Source: an uncultured Candidatus Saccharibacteria bacterium
GTDB taxonomy: Bacteria; Patescibacteriota; Saccharimonadia; Saccharimonadales; JALRHH01
DNA: 64,000 bases
Assembly: GCA_964559915.1 (NCBI GenBank)
Contig: CAZLJP010000001.1
Coordinates: 129,510-193,509 of the forward strand
Direction of reading: 5' to 3'
Shown here: in pieces, positions 18,340 to 28,453 of the stretch
Numbering within the stretch: the first letter of the stretch is position 1
Layout of the letters: every line of letters starts with the position of its first letter
Program-made: the position numbers and the translations under genes
The notes under the pieces: generated by a model
Seen by the model: only the letters and a program-made list of their open reading frames with translations
Database searches by the model: none
Told to the model about the DNA's origin: nothing

Positions 18340-19200
18340 ATGAGCTCCATCAAAACATACTACTATCTCACCAAACCGGGCCTCATTTACGGAAACATCC
18401 TGACTATTATTGCTGGCTACCTATATGGCGCTATTGTGCGTCCCGAACTAGGAACGCTCATAGGCGTGGCTGTTGGCGGAGCGCTTGTAATGGCCAGCGG
18501 AACAGTTATCAATAACATTCACGACCGAACCATGGACTTGCACATGAAGCGGACCAAAGAACGTGCTCTTGTGACTGGCGCTATAACGCCTCAACAGGCT
18601 TCCGTGTATGCTACGCTGCTGGCTATGTTGGGCCTTACTACGCTAGCCCTGGCAACTAATCCTCTCACCCTGGGGCTTGGGCTCATGGGTCTGGTGTTTT
18701 ACGCCGGCATCTATACCTACGCCAAGCCACGTACTGTTCATGCGACCTTAATCGGCACGATACCAGGTGCAGTACCGATTCTGGCGGGCTACGCAGCAGC
18801 AACAAACCGCATTGATGCGTCGTTCTGGATATTCTTTGCTCTGATGGCTTTCTGGCAAATGGTACATTTTTACGCCATTGCAACATTCCGCATGAAGGAA
18901 TATAAAGCAGCTGGTGTGCCGGTCATCACCGTAGTAAAGGGCGTTAAGATTGCAAAGTTTCTGATGGCAGTTTTTGTTGCCGGGTATCTTGTATCGATAC
19001 TCCTCTTAGCGTACCTGGGCTATGCCGGATTCATTTATCTTGCCATCATGGGGCCCCTTGCAGTCTGGTGGAGTGTGGTTACTATCCGTGGTTTTGGGGC
19101 AAAAGACGACGCAGCCTGGGCCCGAAAAGTCTTCTTCACTTCGCTCATTTTATTGCCAGCCCTCTGCGCCACGCTTGCTCTTGATGCTTGGGTTCATTAG
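18340..19200 (+). CDS. cyoE: Protoheme IX farnesyltransferase (heme O synthase)
   Basis: UbiA-family prenyltransferase. Start reassigned to MSSIKTYYYLTKPGLIYGN, since the longer track ORF would overlap the divergent cyoA. Confidence 0.85.
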   Translation: MSSIKTYYYLTKPGLIYGNILTIIAGYLYGAIVRPELGTLIGVAVGGALVMASGTVINNIHDRTMDLHMKRTKERALVTGAITPQQASVYATLLAMLGLTTLALATNPLTLGLGLMGLVFYAGIYTYAKPRTVHATLIGTIPGAVPILAGYAAATNRIDASFWIFFALMAFWQMVHFYAIATFRMKEYKAAGVPVITVVKGVKIAKFLMAVFVAGYLVSILLLAYLGYAGFIYLAIMGPLAVWWSVVTIRGFGAKDDAAWARKVFFTSLILLPALCATLALDAWVH

Positions 19201-19212
19201 AATAAAACTATT

Positions 19213-19473
19213 ATGCTTATACTTCTAGTAATCCATGTTGTCGTCGCAATTACGAGCTTAGGAGTCGCTGCCAGCGGATTACTGTGGCCTTCCAGGACGC
19301 GCCTTAATCTGTCATACAGTCTTGTTGCCACCACCATCGCCAGTGGTACTACCCTGGTGGTCGTAACGCATAGCGCAGTCCTACAGAGTTGCCTGACAGG
19401 CCTAATGTATACCGCTACCGCACTTTCGCTAACACAGTTGCTTCGTCGACGCCTTACGAGCAACGAACTGTAG
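19213..19473 (+). CDS. Small two-TM membrane protein (coupled to cyoE)
   Basis: ATG 13 nt after the cyoE stop. Its stop abuts the next ATG (TAGATG). Confidence 0.4.
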   Translation: MLILLVIHVVVAITSLGVAASGLLWPSRTRLNLSYSLVATTIASGTTLVVVTHSAVLQSCLTGLMYTATALSLTQLLRRRLTSNEL

Positions 19474-20025
19474 ATGAAGAAAACCGATATCACAAACCAC
19501 TTACATATAAGCGCACTTCGTAGTGCTCGATTCAACTTTGCTTATGTGGCGATTTTTGCAATACAAACTATCGTATTTCATGCGTCCAAAGTCATCACAC
19601 CCGAGCTACTGCTCAAGCGCTGGTCGGCAGCAGCAATTTTACTAGTAATAACGGCTGCTGCTTGGCTGATTGCAAAAGGACGACACGCGGGTGGGGTCAG
19701 TGCGCAAGTTGCACTCAGTCTCATTATTTTGGTTGATATTGCCTTTGCTGTGTTCAATACCTATACCCAGCGTGGCTATGCGAGTAAATCCGTCCTGTTA
19801 TTTATTATCCCTATCGTTGTTGCCACTAGTTTCATGAATCGGGCTGCTTTGTTTGCAACAGCCCTTCTGGCAGTAGCGGCTTATACCACTACGGCTATCG
19901 CTTACTTTGTATTAAACTTCAACGAAGGCTACATGTCAGAAATGTACGCCGAAATTGGCTTCTATAGCACCATCTTTTTGTTACTTGCTGGTCTTCTCTG
20001 GTCACTAACGCGTCATCGTCGTTAA
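19474..20025 (+). CDS. Integral membrane protein (4-5 TM), hypothetical
   Basis: Start directly follows the upstream stop. Hydrophobic helices throughout. Confidence 0.45.
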   Translation: MKKTDITNHLHISALRSARFNFAYVAIFAIQTIVFHASKVITPELLLKRWSAAAILLVITAAAWLIAKGRHAGGVSAQVALSLIILVDIAFAVFNTYTQRGYASKSVLLFIIPIVVATSFMNRAALFATALLAVAAYTTTAIAYFVLNFNEGYMSEMYAEIGFYSTIFLLLAGLLWSLTRHRR

Positions 20026-20062
20026 GGTGCTATCATAAAAGTAGCTAATTGGAGGGTTTACC

Positions 20063-20785
20063 ATGGCGCAATATGATTTTAGTGGGCTCAAAGCAATCTT
20101 TTTTAACGGCACTCTTGAGAAATCGCCAGGCGAGAGCCATACCGAATTATTGATAGATGTAAGTCGTAAGATTATGGAAAAGCACGGCGTTAAAACCGAA
20201 AGTATTCGAGTTATCGACAGTGGCATTGCTACTGGTCTATGGCCGGATATGACAGAGCATGGCTGGGAAACAGATACGTGGCCAGAGATATACGAACGTG
20301 TGAAAGCTGCCGACATCGTAGTCATCTGCGGGCCAATTTGGCTTGGGGACAACAGCTCAGAAACCAAGAAGATTATCGAACGTTTGTACGCCGTTGGGCA
20401 TGAGCAAAATGAAGATGGCCAATATATCTTTATGAACAAAGTTGGTGGCTGCCTAATCACAGGAAATGAAGATGGCGTTAAACATTGTGCGATGAATATT
20501 CTCTATAGTTTGCAGCATTTGAGTTTTACCATTCCGCCAACCTCAGATGCAGGATGGCTTGGCGACATTGGTCCTGGGCCCAGCTACGGCGATAAACTTC
20601 CTGATGGAACTCGCGCTGGATTTGATAGCGATTTTACCAACCGTAACGTCACCTTCATGACCTGGAATTTGATGCATATGGCACAGCTTATTAAGAATGC
20701 TGGCGGTATTCCTGCAGAAGGAAATTCACGCAGAGACTGGGACGCTGGCGAACGCTTCGACTTCTCTAACCCGGAGTACCGGTAA
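20063..20785 (+). CDS. Flavodoxin-like fold NAD(P)H-dependent oxidoreductase
   Basis: GGAGGG SD. N-terminal AIFFNGTLEKSPGESHT and VVICGPIWLG motifs match flavodoxin_2/NADPH-dependent FMN reductase-type proteins. Confidence 0.55.
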   Translation: MAQYDFSGLKAIFFNGTLEKSPGESHTELLIDVSRKIMEKHGVKTESIRVIDSGIATGLWPDMTEHGWETDTWPEIYERVKAADIVVICGPIWLGDNSSETKKIIERLYAVGHEQNEDGQYIFMNKVGGCLITGNEDGVKHCAMNILYSLQHLSFTIPPTSDAGWLGDIGPGPSYGDKLPDGTRAGFDSDFTNRNVTFMTWNLMHMAQLIKNAGGIPAEGNSRRDWDAGERFDFSNPEYR

Positions 20786-20791
20786 CTATTA

Positions 20792-21382
20792 GTGAAGTCA
20801 TTGGCCAATAGTCTGGGCACCCCAAAGGCACCTGCCGTCTCATATCTGCCTGACTTCACAGCCGAAAATATTGCTGATATTGATTTTATGCTGCTTAAAA
20901 AGCTTGGGATTAAACATCTGCTTTTTGATTTGGACCAAACACTGCGTCGCCCATATACCAGACATTTACATCCAGAAGTTATTACACTACTCACTAAAGT
21001 TAATAAGTCTAAGCAGTTCAAAACTTTGTGTGTGGTTAGCAATAATCACCGTAGGCTCACTCGATTTAGTAAGCCGATTGGTGCTCGTGTATTTCAACCA
21101 TACCGCAAAGGTTGGCGTATTATCCGCAAACCAAACCCGCTCTTTTTTGAATACGTACTGGGTGAGCTTAGGGCCAAGCCAGAACATACTATTATGATTG
21201 GTGACCGCATACACGCTGATGTATTTGGCGGTAATCGTATGGGTATGTACACACTCTATGTCAAAAAACGCGGCGCAATTGATTATTGGTTTGATTGGCT
21301 GCTACTGACACGCGTGCGAGACAAGCGACGATTCCGTGATGCCCTGACACGCCACAGAGAAAATCGCAAAAATAAGAAGTAA
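20792..21382 (+). CDS. HAD-superfamily phosphatase, YqeG-like (HAD-IIIA)
   Basis: DxD motif LLFDLDQTL and C-terminal IGDRIHADVFGGNRMGM. Confidence 0.6.
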   Translation: MKSLANSLGTPKAPAVSYLPDFTAENIADIDFMLLKKLGIKHLLFDLDQTLRRPYTRHLHPEVITLLTKVNKSKQFKTLCVVSNNHRRLTRFSKPIGARVFQPYRKGWRIIRKPNPLFFEYVLGELRAKPEHTIMIGDRIHADVFGGNRMGMYTLYVKKRGAIDYWFDWLLLTRVRDKRRFRDALTRHRENRKNKK

Positions 21383-21408
21383 CCTAATAATCGGGTATAC
21401 TAGAGTTA

Positions 21409-22407
21409 ATGGAGACAACGGGGGGCACAGCGTTAACCGACGAAGGCCGGCAAGCAAAGCTTGACGAGCTGTTAGCTGGTCGATTCCGACAGCGCGGCAA
21501 ACTACACCTTCCGACTACTACACAGTACAATAGCCTCAACACAAACGATGGTCTGCTTACCGTTTGCAAAGATATGTGTCGCTGGCTGGGCGTCAAACCA
21601 AATGGCCTGCAAGTGGTCTTTGGTAATATATCTACCAACTTTGATTACACTAATGACACTATCATTATTAATCAGCGCTATAAATCACACCCCTACGCCG
21701 TCGGCGCATTCCTAGCACTTGCTACCGTCACTTATTTTGTCCAACGTTATAACAATGATTCCACGGATAGATTATTTATAGAATACGCCGCGCTACACAG
21801 TGGTTTGGGCATCTGGGTACTCAACGCGCTGCAACCCAAAACATCACGACCCGAGGCGCTCTACACTGCCATAGACGGGCGATGGTTCCATACTGAGGGC
21901 ATTAGTCTCCAGCTGTATAGTTCAAGTCAGTTTGCGTCACAAGTCGCTTCATTTGCGCACAGCAATCGTATTGCCCCAGAAAGCTACTTGCCCCAGGTGA
22001 GCCCTCGCTCTCGACATCTGCTGCCAGCTCTCATGCAAACTGCCAGCACCCGTAGCTTATCCGAACCGGACATCGTGGTTTATCATCGCCGTGAAGCCCG
22101 CAGGTTATGGACAAAAATCTGGCTGGTAGTTGGTATCTTTGCACTAGTTACCACAGTTGGCGTCTACTATGTCGCACAGCGCAAACCGTCTACCGACCCG
22201 ATACAGATTCAGGCCCGTCAAAGCTTAGATATCATTAAAGAGTCAGTGGATGCGTGTGTGAAAAAGGCCTCAGACCAACAAAGCAGTTACGACCCGAATG
22301 ATTTGTTTATGACTCGTCAGATTGATGCCACAAAGTCACGCTGCGAATCACAACGCAATCAATACAACTACGCCCTCGGCGAATACCGCGATACTTACAC
22401 TAAATAA
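21409..22407 (+). CDS. Hypothetical single-pass membrane protein
   Basis: 332 aa with one predicted TM (WTKIWLVVGIFALVTTVGVYYVA). No recognisable domains. Confidence 0.4.
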   Translation: METTGGTALTDEGRQAKLDELLAGRFRQRGKLHLPTTTQYNSLNTNDGLLTVCKDMCRWLGVKPNGLQVVFGNISTNFDYTNDTIIINQRYKSHPYAVGAFLALATVTYFVQRYNNDSTDRLFIEYAALHSGLGIWVLNALQPKTSRPEALYTAIDGRWFHTEGISLQLYSSSQFASQVASFAHSNRIAPESYLPQVSPRSRHLLPALMQTASTRSLSEPDIVVYHRREARRLWTKIWLVVGIFALVTTVGVYYVAQRKPSTDPIQIQARQSLDIIKESVDACVKKASDQQSSYDPNDLFMTRQIDATKSRCESQRNQYNYALGEYRDTYTK

Positions 22408-22408
22408 T

Positions 22409-24070
22409 CTAGAAATGTTCACGCAAGTGAGACATAGAATAATCCCACTTAGCATCAGTCTTTTTGTGTGGGTTGAAGATATTTTCTGAATCAAAGATAT
22501 GCTTGACCGTACGCATGTGATCGGTAATAGCCTTGCCAAACTGCTGTTCCAGCCAAGGGCCACGCACCAAACCATCATTATGCTCACCACTCAGTGAACC
22601 ACCATAGCTCAGGACTAGGTCATTGACCTCTTTTTGTGCAGGTTGAATTTTGGCACGTTCTTTGGGGTCTTCGAATTTCATTAGTGGGATAACATGAAAA
22701 TTACCATCACCAACATGCCCGGCTATTGTGGCAAATAACTTGTACTTCTTAATAATCTTTTGCAGTCGTGGCAAAAAGTCTACCAAATGTTCTACTGGTA
22801 CTGCAAAGTCATCAATGAATGGCGCTGTGTGCTTGTCCTTAACCTTGCTGCGCAAAATCTGAAAACTATTACGGCGCATAATCCAGAACTTCTCTGCCTT
22901 ACCCTCTGTTGGGTCTTCTTCGAAACCATTGATTTCATAACGTGCACGTTTTTTAGCTAATTCTTTGTGTAGTGCGCGGACTTTTGCGCGGACTTCCTCT
23001 TCTGTATCGGCATTAAACTCCACCATCAAGACTAATTTAGGTATGCCTCGAAGGAGTTGTAGACCATCAGGGATTAAAGTAATCAATAGATGAATAAATC
23101 GTTTCCAGCCCAGCATCTTTAGGAAGCTCGGCATAAAGCGGATTGAGAGTAGTAGTGTAGCATCGTCAAATGATTCAAACGTGGCAGGCTTGTGCTTTAG
23201 CACGGCTGGGATAAGCTCACCCAGGTCATTAATATTCTTGAGGAACAAGACGAGCACGCCCGAGTGAGCACGCGCCGGTACGAGACGGAATTTAATATCG
23301 GTAACCATACCAAGCGTACCTTCAGAACCCACAAACAGTTTAGTCAGGTCAAATATTCCTGTTTCGCGGTCCCACACATCCCATAATGCGTAGCCCATCG
23401 AGTTCTTGGTAACATGCGGGCGAGCGGCTTTGATTTCGTCATAGTGGGTATCGCACAACTCAAAGACCTCTTTGTATATGCGACCTTCAAGGTTATTTTG
23501 GGCAATTTTAGTATCAAGCTCTACCTTAGCTAGTGGAGCAATAGTATATTCCTTGCCATCAGCCAAAACTACCTTCAGCTCATCCACGAACCCAGCCGTC
23601 TTGCCATATTCTAATGACTTCTCACCACCGGAATTGTTGCCAATCATACCACCAATCGTGGCCATCTCACGTGAGGCTGGATACGATGGCATCAGTGATC
23701 CCTGCGCCAGTGTTGCTTTCTCGAAATCACGATAAAACACACCAGGCTGTGCATGGGCTTGCTCGGGTGATACTTCAAAAATCTTCGTCAAATAACGGTT
23801 AAAATCAATAATGACCGAATCATTGATAGCACCACCAGCCATGTCAGTGCCCGCACTACGAGCAGTTAATGACAAGTCAGGAATTGTCTTCTTGTGCTTG
23901 GTCGTCAATGCAACCAAGGCTTCTAAGTCCTTAGCATCCTTAGGCGCCACAATGGCCTGCGGTACAATCTCGAACATACTCGCATCATGGCTATACTTCT
24001 CACGTGTAGCCAAATCTGTTTCTATATCACCTTGAAATTTTGTCCGTAATTCAGTGAGGAATGCGTCCAT
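22409..24070 (-). CDS. FAD-linked oxidase (GlcD/D-lactate dehydrogenase-like; FAD_binding_4 plus FAD-oxidase C domain)
   Basis: 553 aa with N-terminal FAD-binding PCMH-type domain motifs and a C-terminal oxidase domain. Confidence 0.75.
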   Translation of the reverse strand: MDAFLTELRTKFQGDIETDLATREKYSHDASMFEIVPQAIVAPKDAKDLEALVALTTKHKKTIPDLSLTARSAGTDMAGGAINDSVIIDFNRYLTKIFEVSPEQAHAQPGVFYRDFEKATLAQGSLMPSYPASREMATIGGMIGNNSGGEKSLEYGKTAGFVDELKVVLADGKEYTIAPLAKVELDTKIAQNNLEGRIYKEVFELCDTHYDEIKAARPHVTKNSMGYALWDVWDRETGIFDLTKLFVGSEGTLGMVTDIKFRLVPARAHSGVLVLFLKNINDLGELIPAVLKHKPATFESFDDATLLLSIRFMPSFLKMLGWKRFIHLLITLIPDGLQLLRGIPKLVLMVEFNADTEEEVRAKVRALHKELAKKRARYEINGFEEDPTEGKAEKFWIMRRNSFQILRSKVKDKHTAPFIDDFAVPVEHLVDFLPRLQKIIKKYKLFATIAGHVGDGNFHVIPLMKFEDPKERAKIQPAQKEVNDLVLSYGGSLSGEHNDGLVRGPWLEQQFGKAITDHMRTVKHIFDSENIFNPHKKTDAKWDYSMSHLREHF

Positions 24071-24134
24071 GCCACCCTTTAAGTTTTAGTGCTAGTTATG
24101 GTGTAAGTATAAGCGGTATGCTACTATTTACCAA

Positions 24135-25358
24135 ATGAGTAGTCACAGAATTGTAGTGGTGGGCGGCGGTTTTGGTGGTATAAAAACTGCCTTGGAACTG
24201 GCCAGAGATAACCGGTTTGATATCACCCTCATTAGCGACCATGAAGATTTCCGTGTCTATCCTACGCTGTATCACGTTGCCAGTGGTGGTTCGCACAAAG
24301 TTGCCTCTATCCCGCTGTCAGAAATCTTTGCAGAAAAACGCGTCAAGGTAGTTATCGACCGAGTTACGGCAATAGATAAAAAAGCTCGCACTATTACTAC
24401 CGCCGGTAAACGGAGCTTTGGCTACGAAGCTACCGTTATCGCACTGGGCGTACGAACCAATTACTTTGGCATTCAAGGTATAGAGGAGTTTTCATACGGT
24501 ATTAAGACTTTGGCAGAAGCCGAACGTCTGAAAGCTCATCTCCACCAACAACTGTGCGATGATAAAAAACCAGACCTCAACTATGTAGTAATTGGTGGTG
24601 GCCCAACCGGTGTTGAATTAGCTGGCGCCCTCCCCCAATACCTCAAGCAACTTGCCAAAAATCACGGGATTAATCACCGAGCGATTCATGTTGACCTAAT
24701 CGAAGCAGCACCACGACTGGTTCCACGTATGCCCAAGGTTATATCCAAGGCCATTGCGCGCAACCTGCGTCGTCAAGGCGTTAAGCTGTATCTAAAAACT
24801 GCCGTCCAGGCCCAAACCGCTGATGCACTCATGGTCAATGACAAGCCTATTCGTAGCCACACGGTTATTTGGACTGCTGGCACTGCCAACCATCCGTTCT
24901 TTGCAAAGCATGATTTCCAAATTGCACCCAACCGCAAAGTTCGTGTTGACCAGTTCCTGCAAGCAGAACCGGGCATTTATGTGATTGGTGACAATGCCGA
25001 TACACCTTATAGCGGCATGGCACAAACCGCCCTGTATGACGGTAATTTTGTGGCGGCCAATCTACAGCGTATTGCCAGTAGCCATGATCCCAAACCCTAC
25101 ACCGCAAAAAAGCCTATCTATGTATTCCCGGCCGGACCTAGGTGGGCTGCAGTGCTGTGGGGCAGAATCCGCATCTATGGACGTCTGGGCTGGTGGCTGC
25201 GCAGCATGGCTGATCTCGTTGCCTATCATGATTACTTGCCTACTGCCCTTGCCCTTAAGCGTTGGGGCGCTATGGAACAAACAGAAGACGCTTGCCCCTA
25301 TTGTAGTGGCGACCCACAACTCGATAAACTCGAGTATCTCTCTGGCGAATCGAGCTAA
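24135..25358 (+). CDS. ndh: Type II NADH:quinone oxidoreductase (NDH-2)
   Basis: Two Rossmann GxGxxG motifs (VVVGGGFGG, VVIGGGPTGVELAG). 407 aa. Confidence 0.85.
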   Translation: MSSHRIVVVGGGFGGIKTALELARDNRFDITLISDHEDFRVYPTLYHVASGGSHKVASIPLSEIFAEKRVKVVIDRVTAIDKKARTITTAGKRSFGYEATVIALGVRTNYFGIQGIEEFSYGIKTLAEAERLKAHLHQQLCDDKKPDLNYVVIGGGPTGVELAGALPQYLKQLAKNHGINHRAIHVDLIEAAPRLVPRMPKVISKAIARNLRRQGVKLYLKTAVQAQTADALMVNDKPIRSHTVIWTAGTANHPFFAKHDFQIAPNRKVRVDQFLQAEPGIYVIGDNADTPYSGMAQTALYDGNFVAANLQRIASSHDPKPYTAKKPIYVFPAGPRWAAVLWGRIRIYGRLGWWLRSMADLVAYHDYLPTALALKRWGAMEQTEDACPYCSGDPQLDKLEYLSGESS

Positions 25359-26012
25359 CTATTCAGCCTTTTGACTATTTTCAGCGCGCCACTTTTCAAT
25401 CTCGGCGTGATGACCACTAAGTAAAACCTCGGGTACTGTCATGTCGTTGAACACTTCAGGACGAGTATACTGTGGGAACTCAACAGAGGTGTCGTCTGCT
25501 TGGAATGACTCAATTTCGGCTGATGCTGCGCCGCCCAATACACCGGGTAGTAGCCGTACGACACTATCAATAATAATCATAGCCGGCAGTTCACCTCCTG
25601 TTAAGACATAACTACCAATACAATATTGTTTATCTACCCATTTGGTCACCCGTTCATCATAGCCTTCATAGCGTGGGCAAACCAAAATCAGACCCTTGGC
25701 ATTGGCAGCTAGTTGCTTAGCATCTGATTGCTTATATACTGCGCCGCGTGGTGTTGGTAGGATAACCACCGCTTCAGGGTCAATCTGCTTGGCGTGTTCT
25801 ATGGCCGCAACGAGTGGCTCTGGCTTGAGCAACATACCATCACCACCGCCATATGGTGTGTCATCCACCTGCTGACGCGGGCCAGTACCAAAACTACGCA
25901 GATTGATATAACTAACTTCAAAGGCGCCTTTGTCTTGTGCCTTCCAGAGCATACTGGCGTTAAGTACGCCTTCGAACATCTCTGGGAATAGACTAATTAC
26001 CTGTATCTTCAT
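25359..26012 (-). CDS. trmD: tRNA (guanine37-N1)-methyltransferase
   Basis: MKIQVISLFPEMF N-terminus matches the canonical TrmD start, and SPOUT knot motifs are present. The track ORF begins 18 codons further upstream at a GTG. Confidence 0.85.
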   Translation of the reverse strand: MKIQVISLFPEMFEGVLNASMLWKAQDKGAFEVSYINLRSFGTGPRQQVDDTPYGGGDGMLLKPEPLVAAIEHAKQIDPEAVVILPTPRGAVYKQSDAKQLAANAKGLILVCPRYEGYDERVTKWVDKQYCIGSYVLTGGELPAMIIIDSVVRLLPGVLGGAASAEIESFQADDTSVEFPQYTRPEVFNDMTVPEVLLSGHHAEIEKWRAENSQKAE

Positions 26013-26229
26013 CTCTGTTATTCTAGCACAAACAAAAAGAACCCCCTTCGGGGTTCGTTTTGTCACATAAAGCTCTCATCTTTCGATGTCTCGCAACCGA
26101 GCTTTTGTTTGGGTGTTTTTGTTTTTTACTGCTGTAGGTCACAGCCGAATGTAGGTATGACTATAGCCGTAACCGTCTTGGTACGCAATACGAATCTACG
26201 GTTAGTTATCCCCACCCCTGGGGATAAGT

Positions 26230-26616
26230 TTAGATGTCGAGGTCGTCGAGGTCAGCTAATTCGGCACGAGTCTTGCTCACTACGTCGCTCGGCTCTTCTT
26301 CGGCTACCACGGCATCGCTGTCGTCGTCAGCACTGTTACTAGTACTAGAAGCAGTTGGTGCACCACCGGTCACATCAACAATTTTGAGGTTATAGCGGGC
26401 ATCGTTCTTCGTGCCAAGAGCGCGCAGCAGTGTACGCAGGCTCTGCGCAGTCGCGCCACGCTTACCGATGACACGGCCAAGATCTTCACCATCTACGGTT
26501 AGCTCAAGTAGTACGCCTTTTTCATCAATTCGGCGCTCAACACTTACTGCATCAGGGTTACCGACAAGTGATTTAACAATATATTCTATAAACTGCTGGT
26601 CAATGGTATTACTCAT
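26230..26616 (-). CDS. KH-domain RNA-binding protein (KhpA/YlqC-like) with acidic low-complexity C-tail
   Basis: GxxG-containing KH fold (LGRVIGKRGATAQSLRTLL). Sits between rpsP and trmD as in many bacteria. Confidence 0.7.
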   Translation of the reverse strand: MSNTIDQQFIEYIVKSLVGNPDAVSVERRIDEKGVLLELTVDGEDLGRVIGKRGATAQSLRTLLRALGTKNDARYNLKIVDVTGGAPTASSTSNSADDDSDAVVAEEEPSDVVSKTRAELADLDDLDI

Positions 26617-26704
26617 ACTGACGTCCCTCCGATTACGGTATTACCCATCTATTGTACCAAAAAACCCAGCACATAGCTGGGTTTTAAGCATTAGTTCAGA
26701 AAAC

Positions 26705-27169
26705 TTAGGCTTCTTTTGGTTCGTCAGCTGATTCTTCTGCTGGAGTTTCCTCGGCAGCAGCTTCTTCAACAGGTGCTTCTGGAGCTTCTGCAACTTCCTC
26801 GGCTGGCGCCTCGGGTTCTGCTGCTGGCTCTTCAGGCTCTGGTGCAGCTTCTTCTGCAGGACGGTTACGACGCAGTTTTTCTGGGTTTCGCAGTTTGCCT
26901 TCCTTAGCAGGAGCAACCTTTACCCACTCTGGTAACTTAACACCCTCTGCTGTGAGCAATCGCACAACACGGTCAGATGGCTGAGCACCATTGCTCAGGT
27001 ATTTAGTTGCTAGCTCTTTGTTCAGAACCGTTTCTTTGCTGTGTGGATTGTAGCTGCCAAGCAGGGCGACCACACGGCCACTGCTAGGGGTCCGGCGACT
27101 GTCTTGAACGACAACGCGGAATTGAGCATGACCTTTACGGCCAGTACGCTGCAAACGAATAACAAGCAT
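26705..27169 (-). CDS. rpsP: 30S ribosomal protein S16 with Ala/Glu/Pro-rich C-terminal extension
   Basis: MLVIRLQRTGRKGHAQFRVVVQDSR... is canonical S16. About 65 aa of extra (AEEAAPEPEEPA)n-like tail. Confidence 0.85.
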   Translation of the reverse strand: MLVIRLQRTGRKGHAQFRVVVQDSRRTPSSGRVVALLGSYNPHSKETVLNKELATKYLSNGAQPSDRVVRLLTAEGVKLPEWVKVAPAKEGKLRNPEKLRRNRPAEEAAPEPEEPAAEPEAPAEEVAEAPEAPVEEAAAEETPAEESADEPKEA

Positions 27170-27247
27170 GTTATTCCTCTCATATTCCCTATAAAGAGAT
27201 TAAATTGTTAACTCGGTAATATTACAGGAAATCACCCCTGTTGTCAA

Positions 27248-27943
27248 CTATTTAGCGTAGGTCTTTAGAGCAGTTTCGGCGGCTGCAACTTGGGCAGTCT
27301 GCTTGCTTGGGCCGATACCTTCACCCTTTAGCTGACCATTCACAAACACACCAACCGTAAAGGTCTTTTCGTGGTCTGGGCCTTCTTCGGTCAATACTTT
27401 GTATATTGGTGTATGACCGTCTTTGCTTTGTACGATTTCTTGTAAGTTAGATTTTGGGTCCATCCATGAGCCAGTTTTTAAAATCTCTTCGAATGTGACT
27501 AATAGGCTACTGGTGATGAAATTCTTGGCAGCATCGTAGCCTTGATCCAGATACAGCGCACCAACCACAGCTTCGTAACAGTTGGCCAAAATCTGAGCAC
27601 GGGCACGATCCGTACCGCGCTTCTCGCCTCGGCTGAGACGCAACAATGGCTCAAAATCATGTCGAGCGGCAGCCGCACTAATGCTTTCGGTTCGCACCAA
27701 TGCACTGCGCCAGTTGGTGAGAATGCCTTCTGGGTCACTATAGTTACCGTACAGATACTCAGTAGAGACGAGCTCGAGCACAGCATCCCCCAGGAACTCG
27801 AGACGCTCGTTATGCTCCTTGGCGGTCTTACGGTGCTCGTTTACATATGAGCGGTGGGTAAAGGCAGTGATTAGCAGCTCAAGGTCATTGAATGTAACGC
27901 CAAGTGTATCCTTGGCAAACTGTGTGTATTTAGTAACGTCCAT
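27248..27943 (-). CDS. rnc: Ribonuclease III
   Basis: RNase III signature ERLEFLGDAVLELV and C-terminal dsRBD. Confidence 0.9.
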   Translation of the reverse strand: MDVTKYTQFAKDTLGVTFNDLELLITAFTHRSYVNEHRKTAKEHNERLEFLGDAVLELVSTEYLYGNYSDPEGILTNWRSALVRTESISAAAARHDFEPLLRLSRGEKRGTDRARAQILANCYEAVVGALYLDQGYDAAKNFITSSLLVTFEEILKTGSWMDPKSNLQEIVQSKDGHTPIYKVLTEEGPDHEKTFTVGVFVNGQLKGEGIGPSKQTAQVAAAETALKTYAK

Positions 27944-27946
27944 AAT

Positions 27947-28453
27947 TTAGTGCTTCTTGTTCCTGATTTTTTTAAGCGCCAACAAAATAATCTTGCCGAT
28001 ATCTTCGTATTCAATCTTATCCAGGGCCTCGTTGGCTGGGAACCATTTAATACCATTCATCCAATCTTCTGGCTGCAATTCGTTGGTCTTGCCCTTTGCC
28101 TCAACCAAGAATATCTCTGTGGTCATCAGCACCAAGCTCTGCTGCCGGCGATAACGGAAGTTAATCTTGCCCAACCAGTCCGATACAGCCATTTGCTGCA
28201 AACCAGTTTCTTCGCGGATTTCACGTTCTGCAGTTTGCTTTGATGATTCACCTTCTTCGATATGACCTTTTGGGATAGTCCAGCGGTTCTTGGCGTCCTG
28301 AATCAGTAGTATTTCTACTTCACCTTTTTCGGCCAAGCGATACACAATACCACCCGCAGTTGGTTCACGGACGACTTCGCTAATAGTGGGTTTACGACGA
28401 CTAACAAATTTTTTGAAGCCGCCTAGCGGGTTATTTGGTCGTTTCATCGGCAT
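27947..28453 (-). CDS. NUDIX hydrolase
   Basis: Nudix box GHIEEGESSKQTAEREIREETGL. Confidence 0.8.
   Translation of the reverse strand: MPMKRPNNPLGGFKKFVSRRKPTISEVVREPTAGGIVYRLAEKGEVEILLIQDAKNRWTIPKGHIEEGESSKQTAEREIREETGLQQMAVSDWLGKINFRYRRQQSLVLMTTEIFLVEAKGKTNELQPEDWMNGIKWFPANEALDKIEYEDIGKIILLALKKIRNKKH

Noticed and set aside
25359-26066. Long GTG-initiated version of trmD (235 aa)
   Set aside because: The canonical TrmD N-terminus (MKIQVISLFPEMF) begins at an internal ATG. The extra 18 residues have no counterpart in TrmD. I preferred the shorter call.
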